Assembly: GCF_006345805.1 (NCBI RefSeq)
Contig: NC_043011.1
Location: 37,274,464-37,338,463, forward strand
DNA: 64,000 nucleotides
Origin: Octopus sinensis
Lineage: Eukaryota
Direction: 5' to 3'
Shown here: piece by piece, positions 14,575 to 26,872 of the stretch
Position numbering within the stretch: the stretch's first letter is position 1
Layout: each line of letters begins with the position of its first letter
Notes under the pieces: model-generated
Seen by the model: the letters and a program-made list of their open reading frames with translations, nothing else
The model's database searches: none
What the model was told of the DNA's origin: nothing
Made by a program: the position numbers and the translations under genes

Positions 14575-15861
14575 CAATCCTTCTCACTCTTACCAATTTA
14601 GTGAAAATACTTTTTAACATCGCTATCGACTGTATTCGAATTATCCTTAAAGCCGACATAACTGTTATCATTACTCCTACAAGTATCCTCAAGGCTATTA
14701 GAATCTGTACCAACATTAGAAATGTCACTATCATCAAGAAGATTACCAATAGTGTCATTAATCTATTGAGCAGAATCCCAATAAGGTTTGCCATAGCATG
14801 ACGTCAATGAAATTAGGTAAATAGCAACAGCAGAACTGCTATTGGGATCGCTAGCACCAATAGCAACAACAACGAAAGGAAAACATTAGCACTGCTGTGA
14901 CCAATAAGAAAACCGCCAGCGTTACTATAATTATTACAACTAACAGCAACGTAAGGTGTACTAGCCATCTGAATGTGGCTAGCCACTGGGGTGGGGTGCT
15001 ACTGATGCTTTTAGCCCCAGGCGATCAACGTCACCAGATGGACTTTAGACACAAAATTTCAGTGCCCTTGTGTTATTTGCAAAGGGAGGTCATCCTCCCT
15101 CGAAAACCTAAGTGATACATACAGACTATAGTTTCAAGGTAATTGCCTCTCGTCAACGCATGGTAAACACCGGTTTTCGATGAAGGCGACCTTCTGCAAA
15201 TAATATTTAACGTTTTTCACAGCAACCACAGTCACTGATTTAGAAAAACTGTCTGAAAGCATTAATAAATCTGCGATGAGAAAAAAATAACAGTAAAAAC
15301 AACTACGAAAACAGCAGTAACGAAATCATCATGGTGATTACAGCCACTACAAGCACAAACCCCACGGCCAGTACCACAGTCAATACTCTCAGCATTCATC
15401 AACCTTCACCCAACATCTCTATTAATATAACTACAGCCATCGCTTTTAACAATACAAGCTTCAATAACATTACAAAAAAAATTTAGATTATATTTACATT
15501 CACCGCCACCGCTACCACACTCAATAAAATTATCACAAACACCACCACCAGAAGCACTTCAGATAACAACAAGAACAGCTACAGCATCATCACATAGCTT
15601 CATTTCTATCGCTAATATGATTTCTCTGAGAGAGAAGGCAAGACAAAATTCTATTATTCTAAATTCCAATATTTACTCAACAAAATACGTTATTCTTCAA
15701 TTTAATGTTGAAATATTCCTTTTTTTAGAAATCTAGAGCAATCTTCTAGTCTTAGTTCTAATTTAGCAATACAATTACAATATTCGAAGAATTATTTATG
15801 TATGTGCACGTACGCGCCTGTGTGGTTAGCATGCATACACATATACCTAAATACTTCATTA

Positions 15862-16167
15862 CCTTGATCACCGTGACCGACCAGGCTATCAGGTGTTGTT
15901 ACACATCGCTGGTCACAACTCGCTTCGCATTGTTTTAGCCTTCAAATGTCGCCACCCCACTGGCTAAGCGAGCAGGCCAACAGAAGAAAGACTGAGAGAA
16001 AGTTGTGGCGAAAGAGTACAGCAGGGATCGCCACCACCCCACTGCCAGAGGCTCGTGGGGTTTTAGGTGTTTTCGTTCAATAAACACTCACAACGCCCGG
16101 TCTGGGAATTGAAACCGCGATCCTACATCCGTGAGTCCGCTGTCCTAACCAATGGGCCATTGCCTTG
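15862..16167 (-). mobile_element. SINE family C variant (head C + tail 1)
   Basis: 15982-16165 aligns to 31752-31948. The remainder (15862-15980) is unrelated to tail 2. Confidence 0.8.
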
Positions 16168-16482
16168 CATATATAATATCATAATTCAAGACACTCGTTT
16201 CTTTTTTGCCAAATAACAACGCGTACTATACACGCGTTCTTCACCTCAGATTTATCATTATTGTTATCCTAGTGACCATTGTTTAAAATCTTTCGTCACG
16301 CATCCTGTGACCTCTTCGACGACTCTCTAATCCCCGTGTCTCGTCCTTTCTTTTTTATGCCACTCTGACTTTCTGTGGTGTGTATCTGTGTGTTTGCATG
16401 TGTGTGTGCGTAAATATATATACTTGTATATATATCTAGATTCATAGCTATCTATCTATCTATCTATATATATATATATATA

Positions 16483-16846
16483 TCTCTATATAAACGGCAG
16501 TTTGTCTGTGCGTTTCTGGTGTGTCTGTTTCTCGTACCCTCACTCTGACCACGGCTTTCAACCGATTCTGATGAAACTTGACACACACATAGCCCAATGT
16601 CATAATCAAAACTAACGCAGCGAAAATTTGAAAAGTTCCCCCAGTTCTGAAAAAAATCGATAATTCGACATGGGGTCGAGAATCAGAAACCCAAACCACG
16701 ACCGTCTAGGGGACGCAACTCCACCTTTTTTAACTCTCAAAAATTTACCATCATTTTTTTTCCATTTTTGCTATTTTTGCTATAATCTCTAAAATGTTTT
16801 ATAGTTATTTCCTTACAAACCTGAGCAACGCCGGCGATACTGCTAG
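16483..16846 (+). mobile_element. Non-autonomous Helitron (~364 bp)
   Basis: 5' end tctctatataaacggcag. 3' end acaaacctgagcaacgccggcgatactgCTAG is nearly identical to the terminus at 8204-8235. A|T insertion in (TA)n. Confidence 0.8.
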
Positions 16847-16882
<36 letters not shown>

Positions 16883-16986
16883 TTATTTTGACATAATTGA
16901 CCTCACAAGTGTATCTCGAGAATCTTGCAGACTGAATACAGAAATGAAATATGTACATATATTTAACTATATATGAACCCATCTAT

Positions 16987-17036
<50 letters not shown>

Positions 17037-17043
17037 CTTCTCC

Positions 17044-17127
<84 letters not shown>

Positions 17128-18105
17128 GTGTGTGTGTGTATTCATATGTTTATGTGTGGATATATATGTTTCTTGTATATATAATATATATATATATAAA
17201 CTAATACATGTGTTTGTTGTTTACACAGCCGTCTTCGTCTAGGTTCCGCGCTATCCGTTTCTCTCGTTAGTAGTTCGAAGTAAGTAAAACAGCAACCATT
17301 TGGAATATAGTCGATTTAGTATATATTTGGAATATATTACGATTTCTATCAAGAACTGGAGTTCATATATACGACTAGCCCCTTCCACTCAAAATTGCTG
17401 GCGTTGTGCTAAATTTACAAAGACTGCGGTTAGGTAAAATCGCTAGAGCATCCGACAATTTCTTTAGCGTTACTTGTTCTATGATTTTTACATTCTTAGT
17501 TCAAACCCATCCTAGGTTAAATTTACTTTTTATCCTTCCGGGTTTCACTGTTTAGTTTATAAAGTAAACTGTAGCAATGAATTGCTTGGGCTGATATAAT
17601 CGGCTGTTTCCCCACCAACTCAAACATATGAAATGGCTTTGTACCGCTGATAGAAATTATCATTTTTGATATGCGGATATCTCCGTTTGCCGTTTGTGTG
17701 TGTAGATCAGTCAAATTATCTGTATGCAAGAGTGTGTTTAAGAGTGAGCGTATGTTCGTTCAATAAAGCCTGTGAGAATATATGTATGAGAGTGTGCACG
17801 AGCCCGTGCCCGTGTGTTTGAGTTTGAAGACCCCGTAACATTTTAGTTATTCCACGTTTCATCAAATGGCCTGTATATGTGTGCGTCTATCAACGTGTAT
17901 GCGTTTGTAAATCTTTTCTCTGTGTGAGTTTGTGTTTGTCTATGTGTGTATATCTGTGCATACGTGCAAATATGCGGGTATATATGTGTATATGTGGGTG
18001 ATTTGTTCGCGTGTTTCTGTATTTGAGCAAATTTTTAGGTGTTGATATATATAAGTATGTGCTTGTGTCTGGTTATACATACATATACACATATATGTGT
18101 GTGTA

Positions 18106-18205
<100 letters not shown>

Positions 18206-18689
18206 GTATACGCACAGGCCGCGCGCGCTCAATCACACACACATACACAGACGTCCTTATTTTTATGAGACTGGATATATCTGTTTATTGATGCGGTGCT
18301 ATTATATACATATATATGTGTGTATGTTTTTGCGTGTTTGTGTGTGTGTATATATATGCTTGTGTGCGTGCGGGTTTCTGTCTGTGTGTGTACGTGTGTG
18401 GGTTTGTGTATTTGTGTGAGAGAGACAGACACAGACACAGACAGACATAAGGAGCACATTGTTTACTCTTTTCTTTAACTGTCCTTACACATTTATGTAC
18501 ACACACAAACACACACCGTTTTACTAATATATGATATAGAAAGATAATATTTCGAACAAAGCAAGTTTTTGTTAATTTCAACAAAACACATACAAGAGTC
18601 TGGTTGCTTGTTTTAAACCTTATGTAGGTGAAAATAGATTTAATTATTTGTGTAGGAAAAACACACAACATATTTTCAGATGTAAAATA

Positions 18690-19050
<361 letters not shown>

Positions 19051-19555
19051 GTCATTGCTCTAATAAGATTAATAACAACATTTAAATGGGAAATAATCAT
19101 CCTTTAACCACAGCTTATGATCATGCAGTCCTAAGGGACGTAACCAAATAATGAAGAACATTTTGTCCTTCGAAGTCCCTAAGTGCTAATTATCTTTCAT
19201 TGCTCTTAATGCTATTGATTCACATTTCAATTTACTGGTGTATTTAGTTGTAAAATCATCAGTTACATGAAACTGAGATATCTTTTGATGATAGTGTAGT
19301 ACATGACGGTTACCTACTGCCTACCCTGAGTAATTACAGACGGCACCTGCCTGCTATAAATGGAGAATAGATAGTATATGTTTTCAATGCAGGAGTGTCT
19401 GTGGGGTAAGTAGCTTCCTTAACAACCAACATGGTTCCGGGTTTAGTCCCACTGCGTGGCACCTTGTGTAAGTGTCTTTTACTATAGCCTGGGGCCGACC
19501 AACTCCGTGTGAGTGGATTTGGTAGACGGAAACGGAAAGAAACTCGTCGTGCATA

Positions 19556-19648
<93 letters not shown>

Positions 19649-19650
<2 letters not shown>

Positions 19651-20040
19651 AGACCAAAAGTATACTTACATCACTATATGTATATATAAAAAATCAAAAC
19701 AAAAAATGGAACGAGACTGTAACAGCGAGAAGAAAACATTCAGACAATAGGTGATACAAAAAAGAATATAAACAAGGATGGGACATTCGGAGCTTTCAAT
19801 CTGTAGTCGAGAAGAAGATCGTCTTTGCAGTTTCAGCCCGTTAATCTTGAGACTGCTCTAATCTGGCCGGCCCCAAGGAAATCCAAGCTAAAAGCATTAT
19901 ATTCCTTGGAAAAAGCAAGCGAACGGATACGAAAAGGACGAAAAGAAAAAAGACGGAGGGATAGTACACAATTGGAAATACAAACAACAGGACATTAACA
20001 ACAGGTGTCTTTCGACTAAGGACGAATTAATTTTAAGGTG
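19649..20040 (-). mobile_element. Unclassified ~390-bp insert in the (TA)n of a SINE, possibly a PLE 3' end
   Basis: Separates the SINE head plus (TA)n (19389-19648) from its continuation at ~20041. Pyrimidine-rich on the minus strand. No ORF recognised. Confidence 0.4.
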
Positions 20041-20129
20041 GCGTGGTGTATATATGTTTGTGTATCTGTTTTTCTCCTCCTGACATCGCTTGACAACCGA
20101 TGCTGATGCCTTAACGTCCCCGTAACCTT

Positions 20130-20630
20130 CATCATCATTCATTATTGTTCGACCGTGGTCGAGACAATGGAATTTGCCATGCTACGCCAGACTTCACGGT
20201 CCATTATGGCATTACGGAGGTCCTGTTGCTGGATGCCTGTATCCCTGGAGATTACATCAGGGTAGGAGAGTGTGCGCTGTCTGGTATTGCGAGTAGAAAG
20301 CTTCCAGAGGAGAAGAGTAGAAATTACTTCTTTTTCAGCTCTACAACAATGTCCTGCAAACTGGACTCTCCTACCTTTCACCAGTGATGACACAGGTGGT
20401 AGTTTCCCATATATTTGCATTTTGGTTGGATGGCGCTTCCACGAGAGATTGTGAGCTTTCATAATCAGGCGAGTGTAGGTTCGATCCAACCGCCTCTCAA
20501 GCTTCTTTGATAACATCCAGGTTTCTGAGCCATATAGTAGAATTGGTTCGACTGTGGCTTTGAAGATTTCAAGTTTGAAGTCTCTACTTAGCTTTGATGA
20601 CCAGATCTTATGCATGTCACTACATGCATT
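20130..20630 (-). mobile_element. 5'-truncated RTE-clade LINE nested in a SINE
   Basis: ORF 20142-20615: KATVEPILLYGSETWMLSKKLERRLD...RRVQFAGHC...DREVWRSM, an RTE ORF C-terminus. Short (GAT)n tail. 5-bp duplication acctt at 20125-29 and 20631-35. Confidence 0.9.
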
Positions 20631-21739
20631 ACCTTAGCGGTTCGACAAAAGAGAACGATAGAATAAGTACTAGGCTTACGACGAATAAGTCCTGGGGTAG
20701 ATTTGCTCGACTAAATGCGGTGCTCCAACATGGCCGCAGTCAAATGACTGAAACAAATAAAAAGAATAAAAGAAAGTTACATATGGACACAGGACAGCGA
20801 TCTGGCAGAACCATTAGCACACCGGGCAAAATGTTTAGCGGCATTCCGTCGGCCAGTATGTTCTGGGTTCAAATTCCTCCGAGGTCGACCTCGCCTTTCA
20901 TCCTTTAGGAGTCGATAAACTAAGTACCAGTGAAGCCCTGAGGTTGATATAGTCGACTACTCCCTCAATTTCAGGCCCTGTACCTTTAGTGGAAAGGATA
21001 TTACATAATATAAGTTCGATTTTTTCACATTTCAATTCACTGTCGTACCGGTATCTCATTTATAAAATCTTCAGTTACATGGAACATTTTCTAATGGAAA
21101 TTTCAATATTTCCCTCTAACCTCAACTAAATCTTAAACCGTTCTTGTAAGAATTATATTTTCAAGATTGCTATAAATGAACAATAGACTGTATATGTTTT
21201 CAATGTTTCATACAAACATACGGCAGCGAGCTGGTAGAATCGTTAGCACACCGGACAAAATACTTTTTCGTCCATCTTCACGGTCTGAGTTCAATATTTC
21301 AACAAGGTCGTCTTTGCCTTTCATCCTTTCAGCAACAATAAAATAAGTACCAGTCATGCACTGTGATCAATGTATATGACCAAACCTCTCCCTCTGTATT
21401 TCAGGCCTTCTACCTAGAATGAAAACGAATATTATGCACTGATATATGTGTTCAAATCCCACCGAGGTTGACTTTACTTTTCATCCTTTCATGTTCGTTA
21501 AAATATGTACCCGTTGATTTTGGAGTTGATACAATATTTGTGTGTGTGTGTGTGTGTCTCCAGCATCGCTTGACAACCGATGCTGGTATGTTTACATCCC
21601 CGTAACCTAGCGGTTCGGCAAAAGAGACCGATAGAATAGGCTTACAAAGAATGAGTCCTGGGGTTGATTTGCTCGACAAAAGGCGGTGCTCCAGCATGAC
21701 CACAGTCAAAATGACTGAAACAATTAAAAGAGTAAAGTT

Positions 21740-22530
21740 TGTTTTGCATCCATTCTTGGATTGTGTAAGCCTCGCTGGAAGGTACCCGAGCCTTATTGAA
21801 ATACGTATAAATTTCTCCCGAGTAACCCATCCATCTATCCACCTCTTTCCAGCACCTAGACGTATATATAACATTAAATTTAAGACCCCGTGTGGTTGTA
21901 GCATGAAATGACCTTCATTACTCCCCCGTCTAAAAACAAACACAGTTACTGGAAACTTAGTGCCCATCACATGAGACATCCAAAGTTTCTGCATATAACC
22001 ATCAGTCATATTTTCTGCTAATTGTGTTAGTCTTGGGAGAGATTTTTTTTATAAGTGGTGAACAAAGCATGCCATGTTCGTGAGGGAATTTGCCTTTATA
22101 AAGTACATGCTTAGCACGGTTAAATAATTTTCTTTAGACTTCGTACACATTAATTGGCCTCTTCTTAGTACACGCTATTTGTATCAAATTTTCTCGCGCA
22201 CAATAGTTTCTGAAAGGCTCCTCCGATAACTCAGAATTTCTTTTGACGATGGACTCCAGTGGTTTTCTAGTATCATCATTAACGATGTTCTGAACCAGTT
22301 GGATAAATTGCAGTTTGTTTATTGTGGCCGAAAATTTAGAATAACTCTTTCTTTTTTTCTCTGTGATGTATTTGAAATCTACAAGAATCTTCCAATTACA
22401 TCCAACTTTCACCACAAAATATCTTGTAAAATTTAGAAACTTGGAAATTTCTGAATCTATGTCTACCACACATGGAGCCAATTTGACTATAGGATTTTTC
22501 ATTTCGTTTATTAGTATTTTATCTGCACTG
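21740..22530 (-). pseudogene. Decayed L1/Tx1-like LINE ORF2 C-terminal region (zf-RVT-like)
   Basis: Long, largely open minus-strand region with ISPKTNTIS...WLYAETL...SSNCVCF...YTSRCWKEVDRWMG, resembling the L1-clade C-terminal zinc-binding region. Multiple stops and frameshifts. Confidence 0.45.
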
Positions 22531-22714
22531 AACTACTCAGTGCATATGAACAACTAATTAATTTAAACAGCGGAAGGTGCTGGTAAATAAAGTCCTTAAA
22601 TACCCTTTGCAGCCTCTCTCATATCCCCTCTCTAACAAACTCACTCACTCTCTTTCTCTCTTTGTATGTATGTATGAAAAACGAACCTGAACTAACTATT
22701 CTGCCTATATGCCT

Positions 22715-22945
22715 GTACACACCTTACAATGCCGTGTATGCCATAAAGTCTACAAATCTAATAGAAGTCTCGAAAGACATTTTAAGATCCACAAAGATCA
22801 GAACTTAACTGCAGCTCTCGGTGGTCCAAATCGGATATGCAATCTATGTGGTTGTCTGGTTCAAAATGCCACATCAGACACTGCTATGAAACTGCAATGT
22901 AGGTACAAGAGGTGGGTCAAACTCTGCGTAAGGAGGAGACAAACC
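22715..22945 (+). pseudogene. Isolated C2H2 zinc-finger fragment, probably an RTE LINE C-terminus
   Basis: CRVCHKVYKSNRSLERHFKIH at 22730-22792 is a canonical CX2C-X12-HX3H finger. A second, broken CxxC (CNLC) follows. No TGEKP linker. Confidence 0.5.
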
Positions 22946-22947
22946 CC

Positions 22948-23031
<84 letters not shown>

Positions 23032-23070
23032 TATATGCATGTATGTATGTATATATATATATATATATAT

Positions 23071-23642
23071 ATAAATTTAACAATTAAGGATAACTTCTTA
23101 ATAAGGAATCTTAACAAGAAATTATCAGGTAGATAGCGTGAAAAACCTCATAGAGAAACATTTCGAAAATAATTTTTTCTTATTGAACATATTAATTTAT
23201 ATTATATAGAGGGCACTATTACACATAAATGCCTCACGCTAAGATTCTTGTTAAGATTCCTTATTAAGAAGTTATCCTTAATTGTTAAATTTATTCCGAA
23301 AAAACTTTTCCCATCCGAAATGCAGTTGGAAGAAGCCCGCCATTTACCAGATATATGATTTGTAAACTTCTACATGTGCTTCGTTAGAAAGAGCAGTTGG
23401 CTGTTCGACTTGGACGGTACTGGTCGTTTATTTAAGATATGTTCGGAATCAGTCTTACTGATGAGCATGGACGCAATTTCTACTGCGGTGAGTGCGAAAT
23501 CACAGGTGATATAAGACTAAATTCATTTTTAAATGTCTTGCTTTGAAAAACTGTATTGAGTATGATTAGTAAAATTTTTTTTTGGTGGAAATGACTTATG
23601 TCCCTCTTAGCGTGAGGCATTTATGTGTAATAGTGCCCTCTA
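23071..23642 (+). mobile_element. Rearranged Penelope-like element terminal fragment (pLTR-like) carrying the hammerhead
   Basis: Embedded between two (TA)n runs. Contains a 38-bp perfect inverted repeat (23207-23244/23605-23642) and a 50-bp perfect inverted repeat (23071-23120/23245-23294). Minus strand 23125-23193 reads NMFNKKKLFSKCFSMRFFTLST*, resembling the LNKRSELxSKC C-terminus of PLE ORFs. Confidence 0.65.
23451..23518 (+). ncRNA. Type I hammerhead ribozyme (candidate, complete catalytic core)
   Basis: Parse: agtctta-CTGATGA-gcat[ggacgca atttctac tgcggtga]gtgc-GAAA-tca cagg tga-TA-taagact. Stem I is 7 bp perfect (23451-57/23512-18). Stem II is gcat/gtgc with the G10.1-C11.1 pair and an extension cgca/tgcg. 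Stem III is A-U plus tca/tga. All core residues are present. Cleavage triplet is AUA (23509-23511). Confidence 0.85.
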
Positions 23643-23644
23643 GA

Positions 23645-23681
<37 letters not shown>

Positions 23682-23699
23682 TGTATATATATATATGTA

Positions 23700-23742
<43 letters not shown>

Positions 23743-25734
23743 TGAAAAGTTATTTGCCGATACAAGTGCTACCAGTTGAAAGCTCCGCATATCGGACACT
23801 TAGAGGCTTATGATGCCATCAGGAACAAAAGTCCGCCATTTAGGGTTTTTCCTCTGGACTGCATTAGTGTATACCAACCCTCCTTACTGATCAAATTCTA
23901 CATCAACTTACTTGGTAGATCAACTGATTTCTAGACTTCGCTCAATATTCTTCTAGTAGCCTGGGTATCACTATGATGCTATTTTCTTTAGGATTACTTA
24001 ACCCTAGTGACAATAATGATTGACTCACACAGTTTCAAAGAACCCTCTACACCACCACATTCACTGGATAACGCTGTTTTTCAGCCTGCGTCTTCACATT
24101 TCTCAAGGAGCGATTGAAATTGGCCATTTTCCAGTCCACGCGGAATCTATTATTTTCAAGAGGAATCGTTAACTTGACTGGCTGCGCTTTCTTTTTCTCA
24201 GACTCTATATCTGGTTTCTTTGGAAATGGATTGGTAGTATCCTGGTGTTTTTGCTATCACTTCCTAGTAGCTGTTCCATCTTTCGACGTTCGCAGGAAGC
24301 TTCCTCTTCAAATAGATCCACTGTCATGGAAGATGCATGAAAGTATATTGAAATCTTTGGCTGATACCTTATGTGGTTCCCTGTATCTGATGATTAGGGC
24401 AATTTAGTTCTTTGCAGCTTTGAAGAGGACCTTACGCGCTCACACACACACACACGTGTGTGTGTGCGTGTGTGGATGTGTCGGTGTGTGTGTATCTGCG
24501 CGTCTCCATGTAATATATATATATATATGTATTAGAGGTACATATTAAATTTTTACGATATATATGCACATGTATATAGAGACACACACACAGATACCCC
24601 CACACGCGTACATATACATACATTCATACGTACGAATATATATGCAACTATACACGAGAATACATAAAGCAAAAACTACAAAATTGCACATATACATACA
24701 TACATTGAAATTCCAATGGAACCTTTAATTCTATGTTGGAAACCGGCTCTTTCTCTATTAGCAAGAAATCTTGAAAGAAAACTGAAAAATGATAAACATA
24801 CACACATATATATATATACAAACATACATACACACACATACATACATACATACACACAGACATTCATAATTCATACATTCATTCATAAATACATACATAT
24901 ATGCCTACATACATTCATACATACATGCATTCATACATACATACATACATACATACATACATACATACATACATACATACATACACAAGCTGAAACTGGG
25001 AAGGAGGGAGACTTGAATTTCGCAAAACTGAACAGAAATAGCAGCCAAAAAGCTGTCCATCAAATCATACATTTGCATAGACATGAAGTAAAAAAAAACA
25101 ACAACAACCCAAAGTCACAGATATATGTCTGCCTTAATTAACAACGTAAAGTGTTTTCTGTTCATTATATTGAGATAAAATTTTGAACAACGAATGCAGA
25201 TTCGATTATTTTGATAACGCATAATTTGTTTGATAATCTTCCAATATTAACCAAGCATAAGGGTTAAACTGAGAACTTAGCTTTTAAAAGGTGAATATAA
25301 TTTGTTGATTCTTTTACATTCATTCATTTGCTCAGCTTGATCAAACAGGATATTTTCAAGATTCATTTATAAGTATTTCCTTTTCTATAGGATTCACAAA
25401 ATTGCATTTTAGAAAAGAGAGAAATCTTGTTGGCACTTGTTATATTTGTTGTAGATGATATTCACCCTAATGGATCTGCATAGAAGGTTCCTTTTGTAGC
25501 GAAAGACTTCCACTATGAACATGTATATAGATTCACAAACAATAAAAAAATATATATATCAATATTAATCCAGTAATTATGTAGATTTGCCATTCAGTGC
25601 GCAGAGAAGCGTCATTCAATCTCATCGCATGCATAATTAGCATTAAGTGTACGCAGTCCTTCTTCTCTCCCAAGCACTCTCCCCTCTCTGTCTCTATTCC
25701 TCTGTGTCTCTCTCCATATATATATATGTATATA

Positions 25735-25814
<80 letters not shown>

Positions 25815-25830
25815 CATACATACATATATG

Positions 25831-25893
<63 letters not shown>

Positions 25894-26170
25894 TATGTAT
25901 GTATGTATATATATATAGGTTTCACCCACTCACTCTCTGCATCGTCCACTCAGAATCTTTTGTCTTGCATTCATTGTTTCATTATCTGTATGCCTTTCAC
26001 TCACTTTCATTCTGTTTCGCAAACTTGTATCTTTACTGCAAGAAACTTTATCATCCTCCTCTTCATATTTCATTGTTATCGTCTTCAAACTATCACGCAC
26101 GTACAGCTAAACGTCATTAACTGCATGATCATACATGAATTACATGCCTATGATATATTATACAGCATAT

Positions 26171-26202
<32 letters not shown>

Positions 26203-26233
26203 GTGTGTGTATATAAGTATATATGTATCTATA

Positions 26234-26291
<58 letters not shown>

Positions 26292-26592
26292 TTATTATAT
26301 GAGAGATCAATATATAGCGATTTCGGAAAAAATGTAATCTGTCAGAATCGAAAGCTAAAATTCAAAGACCTAATTGTCCAACAATTCCTTTGGCATAATT
26401 ATGCTATATTGCATAAAGTATTCATCAGTCGTGATGAAACACCTGTAGAGACCGCTTCGAATTCCATATTAGCATATGCACTCTCTGCAAATATCATACC
26501 TATGTATGTATGTATGTGTATGTATGTATGTATGTACGTAGATATGTTTACATGTATGAATATATGTACCTACATATGCACATGTATATGTA

Positions 26593-26631
<39 letters not shown>

Positions 26632-26837
26632 TATATTAATATATATATATATATATTTCTCTATTTGACACTATTTAAATTATTTCCGTTGTATTCCTTC
26701 ATATTATTAATCCGAATTTAACTGAAATTGTTTTGTGTTATTCCTCTATTGTCCAATCGTTCGTACTGTCTTCCTTATTTCACCACTTTTCTCCTATTTT
26801 CATTGCTATGTAAATCTCTCCCTTTGTCTCTTTCTCT

Positions 26838-26872
<35 letters not shown>

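Larger units (their letters stand above)
19389..20772 (+). mobile_element. SINE family A copy interrupted by two insertions
   Basis: Head 19389-19550, (TA)n, insert 19649-20040, body 20041-20129, RTE 20130-20630, tail 20631-20772. Confidence 0.85.

Noticed and set aside
15165-15210. Minus-strand ttgcagaaggtc...gaaaaccggt resembling a minimal hammerhead
   Set aside because: The core is mismatched, stem II is weak and there is no stem I.
19780-19880. Possible hammerhead in the unknown insert (minus strand cagattagag-cagtc..ggctg-aaactgca)
   Set aside because: Both core halves are altered and stem I does not pair.
23740-24420. Coding-like sequence downstream of the hammerhead element
   Set aside because: Stops in all frames and no recognisable RT or GIY-YIG motif, so it was not linked to the PLE fragment.
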